From: a bacterium
GTDB lineage: Bacteria > Arandabacterota > Arandabacteria > Arandabacterales > Arandabacteraceae
Assembly: GCA_029933125.1 (NCBI GenBank)
Contig: JAOZOU010000009.1
Coordinates: 10,194-74,193, forward strand
DNA length: 64,000 nucleotides
Direction: 5' to 3'
The notes beneath the pieces were generated by a model, which made no database searches, had not been told where the DNA came from, and was given only the letters and a program-made list of their open reading frames with translations. Every line of letters starts with the position of its first letter. The stretch's first letter is position 1. Of the stretch, positions 9,056 to 19,404 are shown one piece after another. The translations under genes and the position numbers were made by a program.

Positions 9056-10237
9056 GTGGAGTATCGCAGGCACAAGGACTTGAGGATCTCGGAGGTTGGA
9101 GTTGGTTGCTATGCTCTGAGTGGAGCTTACGGGAAAAAAGATGTTGATGAGTTCAAGCGAATGCTAAGGCGTGCGTATGAGCTTGGCGTCAACTTTTTCG
9201 ATACAGCTGAAGCATACGGCAATGCAGAAAAGATTCTGGGGGATGCCATCAAACCCTTTCGATCAGAAGTGCACGTTGCCACCAAGGTGGGTATTCGTAA
9301 GGGAGTCGAGCCCAATCTTTCGAAATCGTATGTAACTGCGGCATGTGAGGAAAGTCTCAGGCGGCTTGATACCGACTATATCGACCTCTACCAGGTTCAC
9401 TTTGACGATCCCAAGACACCCGTTGAGGAAACCGTCGAGGCTCTTGAAGGGCTGAAGGCTGCAGGCAAGATACGTCACTACGGGCTTGGACATCTGCCTG
9501 CCGAGAAGGTCAAGCAGTACATGTCAGTTGGAGAAGTCTTCTCTGTGCTTGTCGAGCTCAGTGCCGTTGCAACTGACGCTCGCAACAAGATGCTACCACT
9601 ATGCAGGAGCAAGCAGGTTGGTGTCATTGCCTTCAGCGTAACAGGAAGAGGATTGCTTACGGGTAGATTCAAGCAGCACCCCGAGTTTGAACCCCAGGAC
9701 ATCCGTAACGTCGATCCCTTGTTCAGGCGAGAGCGTTTTGAATCCGGGCTGCGCGTAGCAAGCGAGCTCACCAACATTGGCAAACGGTATGGCAAGACCC
9801 CAGCTCAGGTGGCGATTGCCTGGGTGCTTGCTCAGGCGGGCATCATCTGTGCACTTTGTGGTCCTTCGACTGTTGCTCATCTTGAAGAGAACGTTGGCGG
9901 GAGCGGCTGGCAACTGACCGATGAGGATCTTGCCAGGCTTGAAGACTTACTTGAGCACGAAGCAGCCTTTGTCACAGAACAGCAGAGGGTTGGGATTAAG
10001 GAGATTCTTTCGGGTCGGCTACCAGACGAACCACACCAGGCCTTTAGCGATCTTATCTATGCAATTGAGACAGCAGTCTCGCTTGACCTGACAACCGAGG
10101 CGGAGGTGCTGCCTACCTTCAAAGAACTCTACGCGCTCCGGGGTAAGCTCGATGAGAGCAGCCGTTCCAAACTTGAAGAAGTTCAGGACAGGTTGCGCAG
10201 TCTCATTGGCTTTGTTGACGGAGACACCAATCCGTGA
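9056..10237 (+). CDS. aldo/keto reductase family oxidoreductase with C-terminal extension
   Basis: N-terminal AKR signature (EYRRHKDLRISEVGVGCYALSG, FFDTAEAYGN); GTG 9056 preceded by GAGGAGG; about 80 aa beyond typical AKR length. Confidence 0.8.
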   Translation: MEYRRHKDLRISEVGVGCYALSGAYGKKDVDEFKRMLRRAYELGVNFFDTAEAYGNAEKILGDAIKPFRSEVHVATKVGIRKGVEPNLSKSYVTAACEESLRRLDTDYIDLYQVHFDDPKTPVEETVEALEGLKAAGKIRHYGLGHLPAEKVKQYMSVGEVFSVLVELSAVATDARNKMLPLCRSKQVGVIAFSVTGRGLLTGRFKQHPEFEPQDIRNVDPLFRRERFESGLRVASELTNIGKRYGKTPAQVAIAWVLAQAGIICALCGPSTVAHLEENVGGSGWQLTDEDLARLEDLLEHEAAFVTEQQRVGIKEILSGRLPDEPHQAFSDLIYAIETAVSLDLTTEAEVLPTFKELYALRGKLDESSRSKLEEVQDRLRSLIGFVDGDTNP

Positions 10238-10243
10238 GCCCTC

Positions 10244-10383
10244 GGGGTCGGAGCTAAAAATCGGCAAATCCCCCCAATTGGGGTCGGAGCTAAAAATCTG
10301 CATTCCAGCTTCTTTGGCACGGTCTGTGCAATTGCAAGTTAGGTGCCAGCCACGCCTTCGTGCACGTTTTTAGCTCCGACCCC
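10244..10383. repeat. repeat element locus 1: two direct copies of GGGGTCGGAGCTAAAAA core plus one inverted copy
   Basis: Core at 10244-10260 and 10280-10297 (direct), inverted copy 10365-10383; same core recurs at 43543-43732 and 53976-54066. Confidence 0.8.
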
Positions 10384-10410
10384 GGAGGCCGGGTGTGGTA
10401 TGATGGAGGT

Positions 10411-12111
10411 ATGGCGATTGGGCTGGATTCGTTTGGCGTAACCTTTCTCGCAAGAGACCTTAAGCAAGCAATAGTCGACCTTGAAATTGGCGGCGTTCTG
10501 CTTGCTGGCGATAGGCTGCTGACACTAAACCTCAGTGGACGATCCCGACTCGACCTACGCATCCTTCTCGATCCAACCTTACCACTGGCTTGTGCTGGTC
10601 CAGCCTCCAAGCGCAACACCAAACACGAAGACCCCCCTCATGTGCAGAGGTTTGAAGAGCACCTCTTGGGAACAACCATCGTCGATGTCTCCCAGATAGA
10701 CCTTGATCGCATTCTGCTACTTACAGTTGAAACCGAAAGGGCGAGACTGCGGCTCTATGTCGAGCTCATTCCTCCATTCCCCAACGTGTTCTTGACCGAC
10801 ACTAACGATATACTCATAGAGCCTTTGTTTAAGACTGGAATGCGGACGCGGAGGCGAGCGCTTTCAAGAGGTAAGCCCTATGTCGTCCCTGAGCCCACCG
10901 CCAAGATTCATCCGAGTGACGCTGACGACACCTTGCTCGAAAAGATTGGCTCAAACGCTGACCCCGAGATTCTGAGCAAGCAAATAGTCGGCATAAGCCC
11001 CTTTGTGTCTCGTGAGATAGTTACTCGCAGCAAGGCATCGAGTCTCGGTCGGGCTTTGAAGGAGTTGCTTTCATCCTATAGGTCTGCCTCGATTGAGCCG
11101 TGTATCTTCGAGACTGTACCTGAGCTCAGTCCCAACCCACCGCATCTTGGGATAGCCTGGTTTAGACCAAGGCTTGATGGCGTAAGCAACGTAAGACGAG
11201 TCGGCTCAATGAATGAAGCCACGTGCCGGCTGCTCGAGCACTACCTCGAAACTACCCAGCTTGAACGCCAGCGAGCACATCTTGCAAGGCTTATAGGTCG
11301 AGAGATCAAAAGGCTCGAACACAAACTCAGAGAGATCCCACCGAGAGAGGCTGAGCTGGCAAAGGCTGATTCATATCGCAAGCTCGGAGAACTCCTCGTC
11401 GCTAACCTCAATAGGGTCAAGAAGGGTGACGCCAAGATAAGTGTGATTGACCTCTATGATCCGGATCAGAAGGCAGTTGACATTCCGCTTGAGCCAGCCT
11501 TGAGCCCCCAGGAAAATGTCGAACTCTATTTCAAGAAGGCGAGAAAGGCAAGGCGACGGGCTGAGATGGCTGACATGAGGCGAACCGAGATAACCAAGCG
11601 CATCACCCAACTTGGCCACCTGCTCGATGCGCTCAAGCAAGCCAGTATTTCAGAGCAACATCTCCAGGGTATCGCCTCCAGGGTCGAGCGCAAAAAGCAC
11701 GGAGTGAAGCAGGAAGCAAAGGATATCGATGCCAGAGCCTTGAGCCTTGGGATTCGCCCTCGCCGCTATGTCGTAAGTGGCAGCTGGACGGTACTTGTCG
11801 GAAGATCTGCCAAGGAAAATGACATCCTCACCCATAAGTATGCTCGGCCCTCAGACCTTTTCTTCCATGCTCGCCAGGCTCAAGGCTCACATGTGATTCT
11901 TAAAAAGGGTAAGACCAAGACCGAGGTCTCAAAAGAGGCAATCCTTGAGGCTGCTGCAATCGCTGCCTACTACAGCAAGGCTCGCACCTCAAAGCATGTG
12001 CCGGTCTCCTATACTGAGAAACGCTATGTCAAGAAGGTGAGAAAAGGTCCACCCGGACTCGTCACCCTCCTCAGAGAAAAGGTCGTCTTCGTCGATCCCA
12101 CCCTCCCCTGA
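10411..12111 (+). CDS. rqcH: NFACT-family ribosome quality control protein RqcH (FbpA-like)
   Basis: 567 aa; NFACT-N region, central coiled coil, C-terminal NFACT-R/DUF814 motif (ARPSDLFFHARQAQGSHVILKK); ATG 10411 chosen over track GTG 10360, which lies inside the repeat element. Confidence 0.8.
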   Translation: MAIGLDSFGVTFLARDLKQAIVDLEIGGVLLAGDRLLTLNLSGRSRLDLRILLDPTLPLACAGPASKRNTKHEDPPHVQRFEEHLLGTTIVDVSQIDLDRILLLTVETERARLRLYVELIPPFPNVFLTDTNDILIEPLFKTGMRTRRRALSRGKPYVVPEPTAKIHPSDADDTLLEKIGSNADPEILSKQIVGISPFVSREIVTRSKASSLGRALKELLSSYRSASIEPCIFETVPELSPNPPHLGIAWFRPRLDGVSNVRRVGSMNEATCRLLEHYLETTQLERQRAHLARLIGREIKRLEHKLREIPPREAELAKADSYRKLGELLVANLNRVKKGDAKISVIDLYDPDQKAVDIPLEPALSPQENVELYFKKARKARRRAEMADMRRTEITKRITQLGHLLDALKQASISEQHLQGIASRVERKKHGVKQEAKDIDARALSLGIRPRRYVVSGSWTVLVGRSAKENDILTHKYARPSDLFFHARQAQGSHVILKKGKTKTEVSKEAILEAAAIAAYYSKARTSKHVPVSYTEKRYVKKVRKGPPGLVTLLREKVVFVDPTLP

Positions 12112-12121
12112 GCCAACTGCA

Positions 12122-15100
12122 TCAGCGCATAAGAACCACCTTAGCAGTCGCCGACTGCCTGCCAGATGAGATTCTTACAAAATAGATACCAGCCGAGACG
12201 GCTCTCTCATTCCTTGACATACCGCTCCAGACCAAGGAGTGCATACCAGGTGATAGATGCCCTGCCTCGCTCTCCCACACCAGCCTACCTGCAACGTCAT
12301 AAACAGAGACCCGTACATCACCAAAGGTCGGAATTGTAAAAGATATCTGGAAATTCTCGTGGCTCGGGTTGGGTACAATTTTGGCGATGCCAAAGGCGAG
12401 GTGCTGGCCCCCACCTTGAGAAACACCCGCTATGTCAACATCTCCCTCCCACCGCCGTGCATATATCTCAGGATTACCATCCCTCTCATCCCGCCACACA
12501 ACGGCTATCTTGCCTAAGGCATCGGCAGCCACAGAAGGCAAAGCACAAGAGCCGCTCTCGGATGACAGCCTCGCCTCCCTTGACCAAATCGAAGTGTACG
12601 ACTTGTAGTAGATTGCCTCAGCCTCGTCATAGGTGTCCTCCCAGACCAAATGAAAGCGGCCCCTTCCATCACCACAGATATTGGGCGTCGTGCCAGTACC
12701 AAAAATTTCACCCAGGTCAGTCCACGACCCGCCTTCGTAAAGCATCCCCCGTATGGATGTATCACTCCCATCTTGCTCCTCCCACACCACCATTACCCTG
12801 CCACCGTCGTCGCAGCCAACCGATGGACGCGTCGAGAGACCCGGAGTCGCTACCAGCCTAGTAGAACTGCTCCACACCGAACCATCCCAGACCTTGTAGT
12901 AAATCTCACTATTGCCATCACGTGTATCTTCCCAGACCACGTAGACATTGCCAAGGCTGTCAGCTGCCCCAGCCGGATAGCGTGACACTGCCCCATCGCT
13001 GGTGAGCCTTTCTTCAGTCCACCCTAAACCATCCCATCTAACGCAGTATATCTCCCAGTTGCCATCACGACTGTCCTGGAAGAATATGAATGGCTCATCA
13101 CCCGCACTCACTGCCAACGAAGGATAGTCTGACACACCACTATTGCTGGTCAGTCTTCGATTTGCCTCCCAGATTAAGCCATCATAGTGCTTATAGTATA
13201 TCTCCCAGTTGCCATCACGACTGTCCTTCCAGCACAAGTGGAGCTCGTCACCCACCCCACCACAAATTGAAGGGAGCTGGGATGAAGCCGCATCATAAGT
13301 CAGCCGCGTCTCCGGTAGCCAGCTCACTCCATTCCACTTGCGGTAGTAAATCTCATAATTGCCATCACGATTGTCATACCAGACAACATGCACGTGACCA
13401 CTTGCCTCCCTTACAACACACTTACTGTTGTTCCACGAAGTTGTCGATGAGTAAGTATCGAAGCTTACGCGCTCTTCTTCACCCCAAGGTGTGTCAATGA
13501 TGAGAATGGCGTCAGCGAGGAACGCCTCCTGCAGGTCAGAATCGGAATTCTTAAGCCAGACCTGCCAGTAGCCCGGCTCTGCCCCGCAGAGATCAAAATC
13601 ACATTTGATGTAAGAGTCCGAAAGCCTTGTCACATTCTGTGCAAAAATCGGTTCCTCACCCACCCGCTCGAGCCAGACTGAGGGATTGCCAGCAAAACCG
13701 GTCCCTGTTAGAACGGCATTTACAGGGAAGACGTTGCCAGCTTCCGTTGGGGAAAACCTCGCTATAGCTGCACGTGTCTCACTAGCTGACCAATGCTTAT
13801 AGTATATCTCACTGTTGCCGCCGCCTTGATCATGGCACCAGACGACGTGCACATTCCCGACCGCATCAGTATCCAGGCGACCGGCTTCATCGCGGGTCGA
13901 ATTATATGTCAACCGCTCATCCGGCCACCATCTCACGCCGTCGTACCGCTTGTAATATATCTCATAGTTACCATCACGGCCATCTTGCCACACCACATGC
14001 ACATTACCACTTCCATCAGTCGCTACTGACGGAGCCTCAGAACTGCCTGAAGCATTCGTCAGTCGCTCATCTGGCCCCCAACTCACACCGTCATACCGCT
14101 TGTAATAAATCTCATAGTTACCATCACGGCCATCTTGCCACACCACATGCACATTACCACTTCCATCAGTCGCTACTGATGGATGCCAGGAGTCGCCTGA
14201 AGCATCAGTCAAACGCTCATCTGCTCCCCAACTCACACCATCATAAATTTTATGGTATATCTCCCAGTTACCGTCACGATAATCTTGCCACACAACATGG
14301 ATGTTCCCACTAGTGTCCACGGTCACCTCAGGCATTCGAGATTCGCCTGAAGCAACAGTCAATCGCTCATCCGGCCCCCAACTTGCACCATCATAAACTT
14401 TGTGGTATATCTCCCAGTTACCATCACGGCTCTCTTCCCATACAACGTGCTGATTGCCATCGCTATCCACGGCAACCGCAGCCCACTCAGAATTGCCAGG
14501 ATCGTTCGTCAACCGCTCATCCGGCCCCCAACTTACACCATCATAAACTTTGTGGTATATCTCCCAGTTGCCGTCGCGATAATCCTTCCAGAAAACGTGT
14601 AAGTTTCCGCCGAGGTCTCTTAGTAGCCGTGGATGGAACGAGCTCCCCGAAGCATTAGTTAAGCGTTCATCTGGCCCCCAGGTCACGCCATCATAGCGCT
14701 TATAGTATATCTCTCCATTCCCATCTCGCTCATCCCACCACACAACATGGAGACAGACCCCATCGACGAGTACCCGAGGAGATTGGGAACTGTCATTAGC
14801 ATAGGTAAGCTGCTCTTCAGGTAGCCACTCCCCAGCTGGCATAACATAGAAACCGAAGGGGAGCGTGTCTGGCTGTCCATCTGGATTCTTGACAATAACA
14901 TCCCAGTAGCCAGGGGCAGCGTTCTCGAGATCTGCGGTACAGGTTAGCCTGTCAGAACTCTCAACGCGGATGTTATGACACACGATCCGGGGTTCACCAG
15001 GCTTTTCAAGCCAGACAGAATCAGGAAAGAAAAAGCCAGAACCCGATAGATTTGTGATGCGCACTAATTCATGGCTGTAGCCTTCATCGGGTTCAATCGA

Positions 15101-16279
15101 GTTAATCTGCGGCTTCTCAAGTGTGCCGTTATACCATTCCTTCCAGTATAGCTCCCAGCCGCCATCACGGTTGTCATACCACGCAACATGCACGTTCCCA
15201 CTTTCATCCGTCACTACTGATGGATACCAGGAGTCGCCCGAAGCAACAGTCAAACGCTCATCCGGTCCCCAACTCGCCCCATCATACCGCTTATAATAAA
15301 TCTCATAGTTACCATCACGATTGTCATACCACACCACATGCACGTTACCGCCGGTGTCCGTTCCTACAGAAGGGCTATATGAGTCTCCTGAGGCATTTGT
15401 CAACCGCTCATCTGGTCCCCAGCTCATACCATCATACCGCTTGTAGTATATCTCATAGTTGCCATCACGATTGTCATGCCACACAACATGCACATTACCA
15501 CTTCCATCAGTCGCCACTGATGGATACCGAGAGTAGCCCGAAGCAACTGTCAATCGCTCATCAGAACCCCAACTCATACCATCATACCGCTTGTAATAAA
15601 TCTCATAGTCGCCATCACGATTGTCATGCCACACAACATGCACATTACCACTTCCATCAGTCGCTACTGATGGATACCGAGAGTAGCCCGAAGCAACTGT
15701 CAATCGCTCATCAGAACCCCAACTCACACCATCATACCGCTTATAGTATATCTCTGAGTCGCCATCCCGATGATCCCACCACACCACATGTACATTCCCG
15801 CTCATATCGACTGCGACCGAGGGATCCTGGGAGAGCCCAGCTGAGTTCGTCAACCGCTCATCTGCCCCCCAACTAACACCGTCATATCGCTTATAGTAAA
15901 TCTCCCAGTCGCCATCACGATAGTCCTCCCACACGATATGAACATTACCACTTACGTCCGCAGCCATCCACGCACCCCTAGACTGTCCACCTGCATTCGT
16001 CAAGCGTTCAACAGGGCTCCAACCCGTCCCATCGTAACGCTTGTAGTAAATCTCATCGCTGCCATCGCGAGTGTCCTCCCACACCACATGCACGTTACCA
16101 AACAAGTCCGTGGTCACACACCTACCCATTTCAGCCGAAACCTGGGAAGTGGGTGGATCAGTCAGACGCCAGTCAAAGAACCAGCCAGCAGCTGCCCGAC
16201 TTGCAAAGCACAGACCCAGTGCTATCAAGATCGCAAAAGACCAACCGAACGCTTCGCTTGTGGGTCTATCACGACGCAT
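12122..16279 (-). CDS. giant secreted repeat protein (about 28 x ~50-aa propeller-like repeats, two Ig-like inserts) with T9SS/FlgD-like C-terminal sorting domain
   Basis: Signal peptide MRRDRPTSEAFGWSFAILIALGLCFASRAAAG; repeat unit GNVHVVWxDxRDGNxEIYYKRYDGxSWGxDERLT; C-terminal 85 aa match the T9SS CTD pattern (VPNPSHENFQISF...VYDVAGRLV...GIYFVRI). Start 16279 chosen for signal peptide and SD spacing. Confidence 0.8.
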   Translation of the reverse strand: MRRDRPTSEAFGWSFAILIALGLCFASRAAAGWFFDWRLTDPPTSQVSAEMGRCVTTDLFGNVHVVWEDTRDGSDEIYYKRYDGTGWSPVERLTNAGGQSRGAWMAADVSGNVHIVWEDYRDGDWEIYYKRYDGVSWGADERLTNSAGLSQDPSVAVDMSGNVHVVWWDHRDGDSEIYYKRYDGVSWGSDERLTVASGYSRYPSVATDGSGNVHVVWHDNRDGDYEIYYKRYDGMSWGSDERLTVASGYSRYPSVATDGSGNVHVVWHDNRDGNYEIYYKRYDGMSWGPDERLTNASGDSYSPSVGTDTGGNVHVVWYDNRDGNYEIYYKRYDGASWGPDERLTVASGDSWYPSVVTDESGNVHVAWYDNRDGGWELYWKEWYNGTLEKPQINSIEPDEGYSHELVRITNLSGSGFFFPDSVWLEKPGEPRIVCHNIRVESSDRLTCTADLENAAPGYWDVIVKNPDGQPDTLPFGFYVMPAGEWLPEEQLTYANDSSQSPRVLVDGVCLHVVWWDERDGNGEIYYKRYDGVTWGPDERLTNASGSSFHPRLLRDLGGNLHVFWKDYRDGNWEIYHKVYDGVSWGPDERLTNDPGNSEWAAVAVDSDGNQHVVWEESRDGNWEIYHKVYDGASWGPDERLTVASGESRMPEVTVDTSGNIHVVWQDYRDGNWEIYHKIYDGVSWGADERLTDASGDSWHPSVATDGSGNVHVVWQDGRDGNYEIYYKRYDGVSWGPDERLTNASGSSEAPSVATDGSGNVHVVWQDGRDGNYEIYYKRYDGVRWWPDERLTYNSTRDEAGRLDTDAVGNVHVVWCHDQGGGNSEIYYKHWSASETRAAIARFSPTEAGNVFPVNAVLTGTGFAGNPSVWLERVGEEPIFAQNVTRLSDSYIKCDFDLCGAEPGYWQVWLKNSDSDLQEAFLADAILIIDTPWGEEERVSFDTYSSTTSWNNSKCVVREASGHVHVVWYDNRDGNYEIYYRKWNGVSWLPETRLTYDAASSQLPSICGGVGDELHLCWKDSRDGNWEIYYKHYDGLIWEANRRLTSNSGVSDYPSLAVSAGDEPFIFFQDSRDGNWEIYCVRWDGLGWTEERLTSDGAVSRYPAGAADSLGNVYVVWEDTRDGNSEIYYKVWDGSVWSSSTRLVATPGLSTRPSVGCDDGGRVMVVWEEQDGSDTSIRGMLYEGGSWTDLGEIFGTGTTPNICGDGRGRFHLVWEDTYDEAEAIYYKSYTSIWSREARLSSESGSCALPSVAADALGKIAVVWRDERDGNPEIYARRWEGDVDIAGVSQGGGQHLAFGIAKIVPNPSHENFQISFTIPTFGDVRVSVYDVAGRLVWESEAGHLSPGMHSLVWSGMSRNERAVSAGIYFVRISSGRQSATAKVVLMR

Positions 16280-16690
16280 AGCCATTCCCCCTTTTGAAAG
16301 CCTTTGAAGCATTCTACTCAAAAACATAGCGGCCAACCCGCAGCCACGAACAAAAACCCGGAGAGACGCTCACAATGTCACAGCAGCCCAGCCTGCGCCA
16401 ACATTGGAACCAATTAGCCATTATAGCACACAAGATGCGCTATTTCAACACCTTCTCGTACTTTTGCGGGGAATGGGTGGGGAGAACCCGCTTTCGATGA
16501 AACTGTTTTACATCCTCCACTTCGTTTGATAAAATGGGCGGCCGGCAAGAGAATCTTAACCAAAGGCTGCTGATTGTTCTGCGGGTCTGTCCGAGAGTGC
16601 AGGAAGGGCTAGGGATAGCAGCTACCCAAATCCCTTCCTCACGGTTGATGGGAAATATCGCTTCTGCCTTTCAATTGGGGGTGATTTTCC

Positions 16691-19153
16691 ATGGCGCGCC
16701 TTGACTGTCCCCGGTTGGTGCTGCCACTTGCGGTTCTTATTTTCACATTGGTGTCCCCTCCAACGCCTGTGCTGGGTGATTGGCTCTTTAGCACGAGACA
16801 GGATTTTGCGGTGGGTAGCAGACCTTCACAAGCTGCCCTCCATGACTTCAATAATGATTTCATACTCGACGCTGTCGTCGCCAACAGTGAGAGTGACAAC
16901 GTATCCATCCTCATTGGAAGAGGTGATGGGACATTTACCAGAGCGGAGGACGTAGACGTGGGGGATTACCCTGCCTCCATTTTGGCAACCGATGTTGACC
17001 TTGATCAGGATTGCGACCTTGTCGTAGCCAACACGTGGAGTAATACCATCTCGGTCCTCCTTGGTCATGGCGACGGAACATTCACCCCATCAGCGGAGAT
17101 TCTTGTTGGTGGAGGACCTTGTTTCGTCATCGGTGGCGACTTTAACTGCGACTGGATCCCTGACTTTGCTGTTGCCAACATGTACAGTGATGATATCTCC
17201 GTCGTGTTAGGCAATGGGGATGGAACATTTGATGCCCCGATACGCTTTCCTGTTGGCGGGTACCCGAACTCAATGGTTTCGGGCATGCTGAATGCAGACG
17301 GGTTTTCCGACATCGCTGTAACATGCTATTACGACAACAAAGTCTCAATCCTCTTCGGAAACGGTGATGGCACATTCACAAAGGCAGCCGACCATCCTGT
17401 TGACCACCCAAACGAAGTCTCAACTGGAGACTTTGATTCGGACGGCGATCTTGATCTTGTAGTGGTCAGAGTGTCTTCGACAAACCAATCGGTCCTCGTC
17501 TTCCTAAATGACGGCAATGGAACATTTCAGCCACCGGTTGCATATGAGGCTTACAACTACGGGATCTCAGTTGCTGTATCAGATGTTAATCTTGACGGAC
17601 ATCAGGACTTGGCAGTCGGTGATTTCAACGAGTCATTCTACATTCTCCTGGGAAACGGGGATGGCACTTTCCAGTCGTCGATTTACCACGATGCTGGGAA
17701 CTCCGTCGTCTGCATCCGAGTGGGAGACCTGGACAGAGACGGGCTACCGGATATCCTCGCTGTCAATAGGTATGAGGATACGGTCTCAAGCATCATAGGA
17801 AACGGAGACGGCACGTTCAAAGTCGCACCGTGGTACATGTGTGATTCCGGACTCTGCTCCGTGGCACTAGGCTATCTCAACGCCGATTCATTTCTCGACA
17901 TCGTTACTGGTAATGCTGACGCCCGCAATGTTTCAGTGCTCATTGCAAACGGTGATGCCACCTTTATGCCTGCTGTCAGCTACTTGATTGGGCTCGGTCT
18001 GAGCTGGGTAGTCATCGACGATTTTGGCGGCGACGCAGTTATGGATCTGGCTGTCTCCAGTGATATGCGCTATGTCGCTGTACTTATGGGAAACGGTGAT
18101 GGCACCTTCCAGGATCCAGTGACCTACTGGGTAAAGGGAGGTGCTGCGCATCTCGCCTCCGGCGATGTGGATGGCGACGGCGATGCAGATCTAGCTGTCG
18201 CAATCAAAGACAGTGGCGAGGTAGCGCTCCTACTTAACAACGGTGATGGCACCTTCGCTCCGGCAGTTGGCTACGCGGCTGATGGTGGCACCAATTGTGT
18301 CTGCCTCGATGACTTTGATTGTGACGGTGATCTAGATATCGCTACGGCCAATTGCTATGGGGATAATGTCTCTATCCTGCTGGGCAATGGGGACGGGACC
18401 TTCGCTGCAGCCGTGAACTACCCTGCATCCTTTGGTCCTTGCAGCGTGGTCTCAAACTATCTCGATGGAGATTCTCTTCCAGACCTTGCGGTCGTAAACG
18501 AATATAGCGACAATGTCTCAATACTACTCGGCAACGGTGACGGGACGTTTGACCTGGCCCGAAACTACCCTGTAGCCAACTCTCCTCTCTCACTTGCTAC
18601 AGGAGACTTCAATCGTGACTGCGTACCAGATCTTCTGGTCGTGCATCAGTTCCACTACTTTGTCTCTGTCCTTCTCGGAAACAGAGACGGTACTCTCAGG
18701 GAGCCAGTACTGTATGGCGCTCATATTTTCCCGCGGGCTGCAGCAGTCGGTGACCTAAACGCCGATGGGTCGGATGATGCTGTTGTTGCCAATCAGGGCT
18801 GCCTCAGCGTTTCGGTCCTTCTGGGGGAAATTTGCGCTGGTGTACCTATCGATGGAGACAGGAAACAAGCAGACTCAATTTGCCAGCTGAGGGTCGCGCC
18901 AAATCCATGCACTGGCAGTGCCGCGATTTGGTTCGACATTCCGTCAGAGCAATCTCTAAGAAGTGTCGCTGTCTATGATGTTTCAGGTGCTCTGGTCCGG
19001 CAATGGGTGTTGGAAGCGACGATAAGTAATGGAAACTGTGTTATCTGGGACTGCAGAGACAATTACGGAAGGCGTGTCGCACCGGGCGTTTACTTCGCAA
19101 GTATCCAAAGCGAAGGCGTGTTGGCCACACGCAAGCTCATAGTACTTCGCTAG
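16691..19153 (+). CDS. FG-GAP/VCBS repeat protein with T9SS/FlgD-like C-terminal sorting domain
   Basis: 820 aa; signal peptide; about 13 repeats with D-x-N-x-D-G-x-x-D and GNGDGTF motifs; C-terminal APNPCTGSAAIWFDIP...VYDVSGALV...GVYFASI sorting domain. Confidence 0.8.
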   Translation: MARLDCPRLVLPLAVLIFTLVSPPTPVLGDWLFSTRQDFAVGSRPSQAALHDFNNDFILDAVVANSESDNVSILIGRGDGTFTRAEDVDVGDYPASILATDVDLDQDCDLVVANTWSNTISVLLGHGDGTFTPSAEILVGGGPCFVIGGDFNCDWIPDFAVANMYSDDISVVLGNGDGTFDAPIRFPVGGYPNSMVSGMLNADGFSDIAVTCYYDNKVSILFGNGDGTFTKAADHPVDHPNEVSTGDFDSDGDLDLVVVRVSSTNQSVLVFLNDGNGTFQPPVAYEAYNYGISVAVSDVNLDGHQDLAVGDFNESFYILLGNGDGTFQSSIYHDAGNSVVCIRVGDLDRDGLPDILAVNRYEDTVSSIIGNGDGTFKVAPWYMCDSGLCSVALGYLNADSFLDIVTGNADARNVSVLIANGDATFMPAVSYLIGLGLSWVVIDDFGGDAVMDLAVSSDMRYVAVLMGNGDGTFQDPVTYWVKGGAAHLASGDVDGDGDADLAVAIKDSGEVALLLNNGDGTFAPAVGYAADGGTNCVCLDDFDCDGDLDIATANCYGDNVSILLGNGDGTFAAAVNYPASFGPCSVVSNYLDGDSLPDLAVVNEYSDNVSILLGNGDGTFDLARNYPVANSPLSLATGDFNRDCVPDLLVVHQFHYFVSVLLGNRDGTLREPVLYGAHIFPRAAAVGDLNADGSDDAVVANQGCLSVSVLLGEICAGVPIDGDRKQADSICQLRVAPNPCTGSAAIWFDIPSEQSLRSVAVYDVSGALVRQWVLEATISNGNCVIWDCRDNYGRRVAPGVYFASIQSEGVLATRKLIVLR

Positions 19154-19404
19154 GGTCCTAAATCCAGAAGCAGAGCCCGACAAGTAGCCCGCTGTGATGG
19201 TGTCAATTCCACCCCGCAGATGTGGCCTAAGCATTACTCGAAGGTGAGGGCACTTTCACATTCCCCTTAAGTGCAACTAGGCCGGTAACAGCCGGCATCA
19301 CAAGAATAGGGTCGGTCCTGCAATCACGCGGTACTGATGGCATCTCCCTTTAACATGCCTTGCTTGCTGTGTTCCATCGACAGTGCCCCAAGCTGCGATA
19401 CAAG

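Noticed and set aside
12457-15876. Long plus-strand His-rich ORFs (e.g. 15121-15876, 13906-14313) antisense to the giant repeat gene
   Set aside because: They are low-complexity artefacts of the repetitive sequence. The reverse-strand frame is continuous for about 1,400 aa with signal peptide, structured repeats and a sorting domain.
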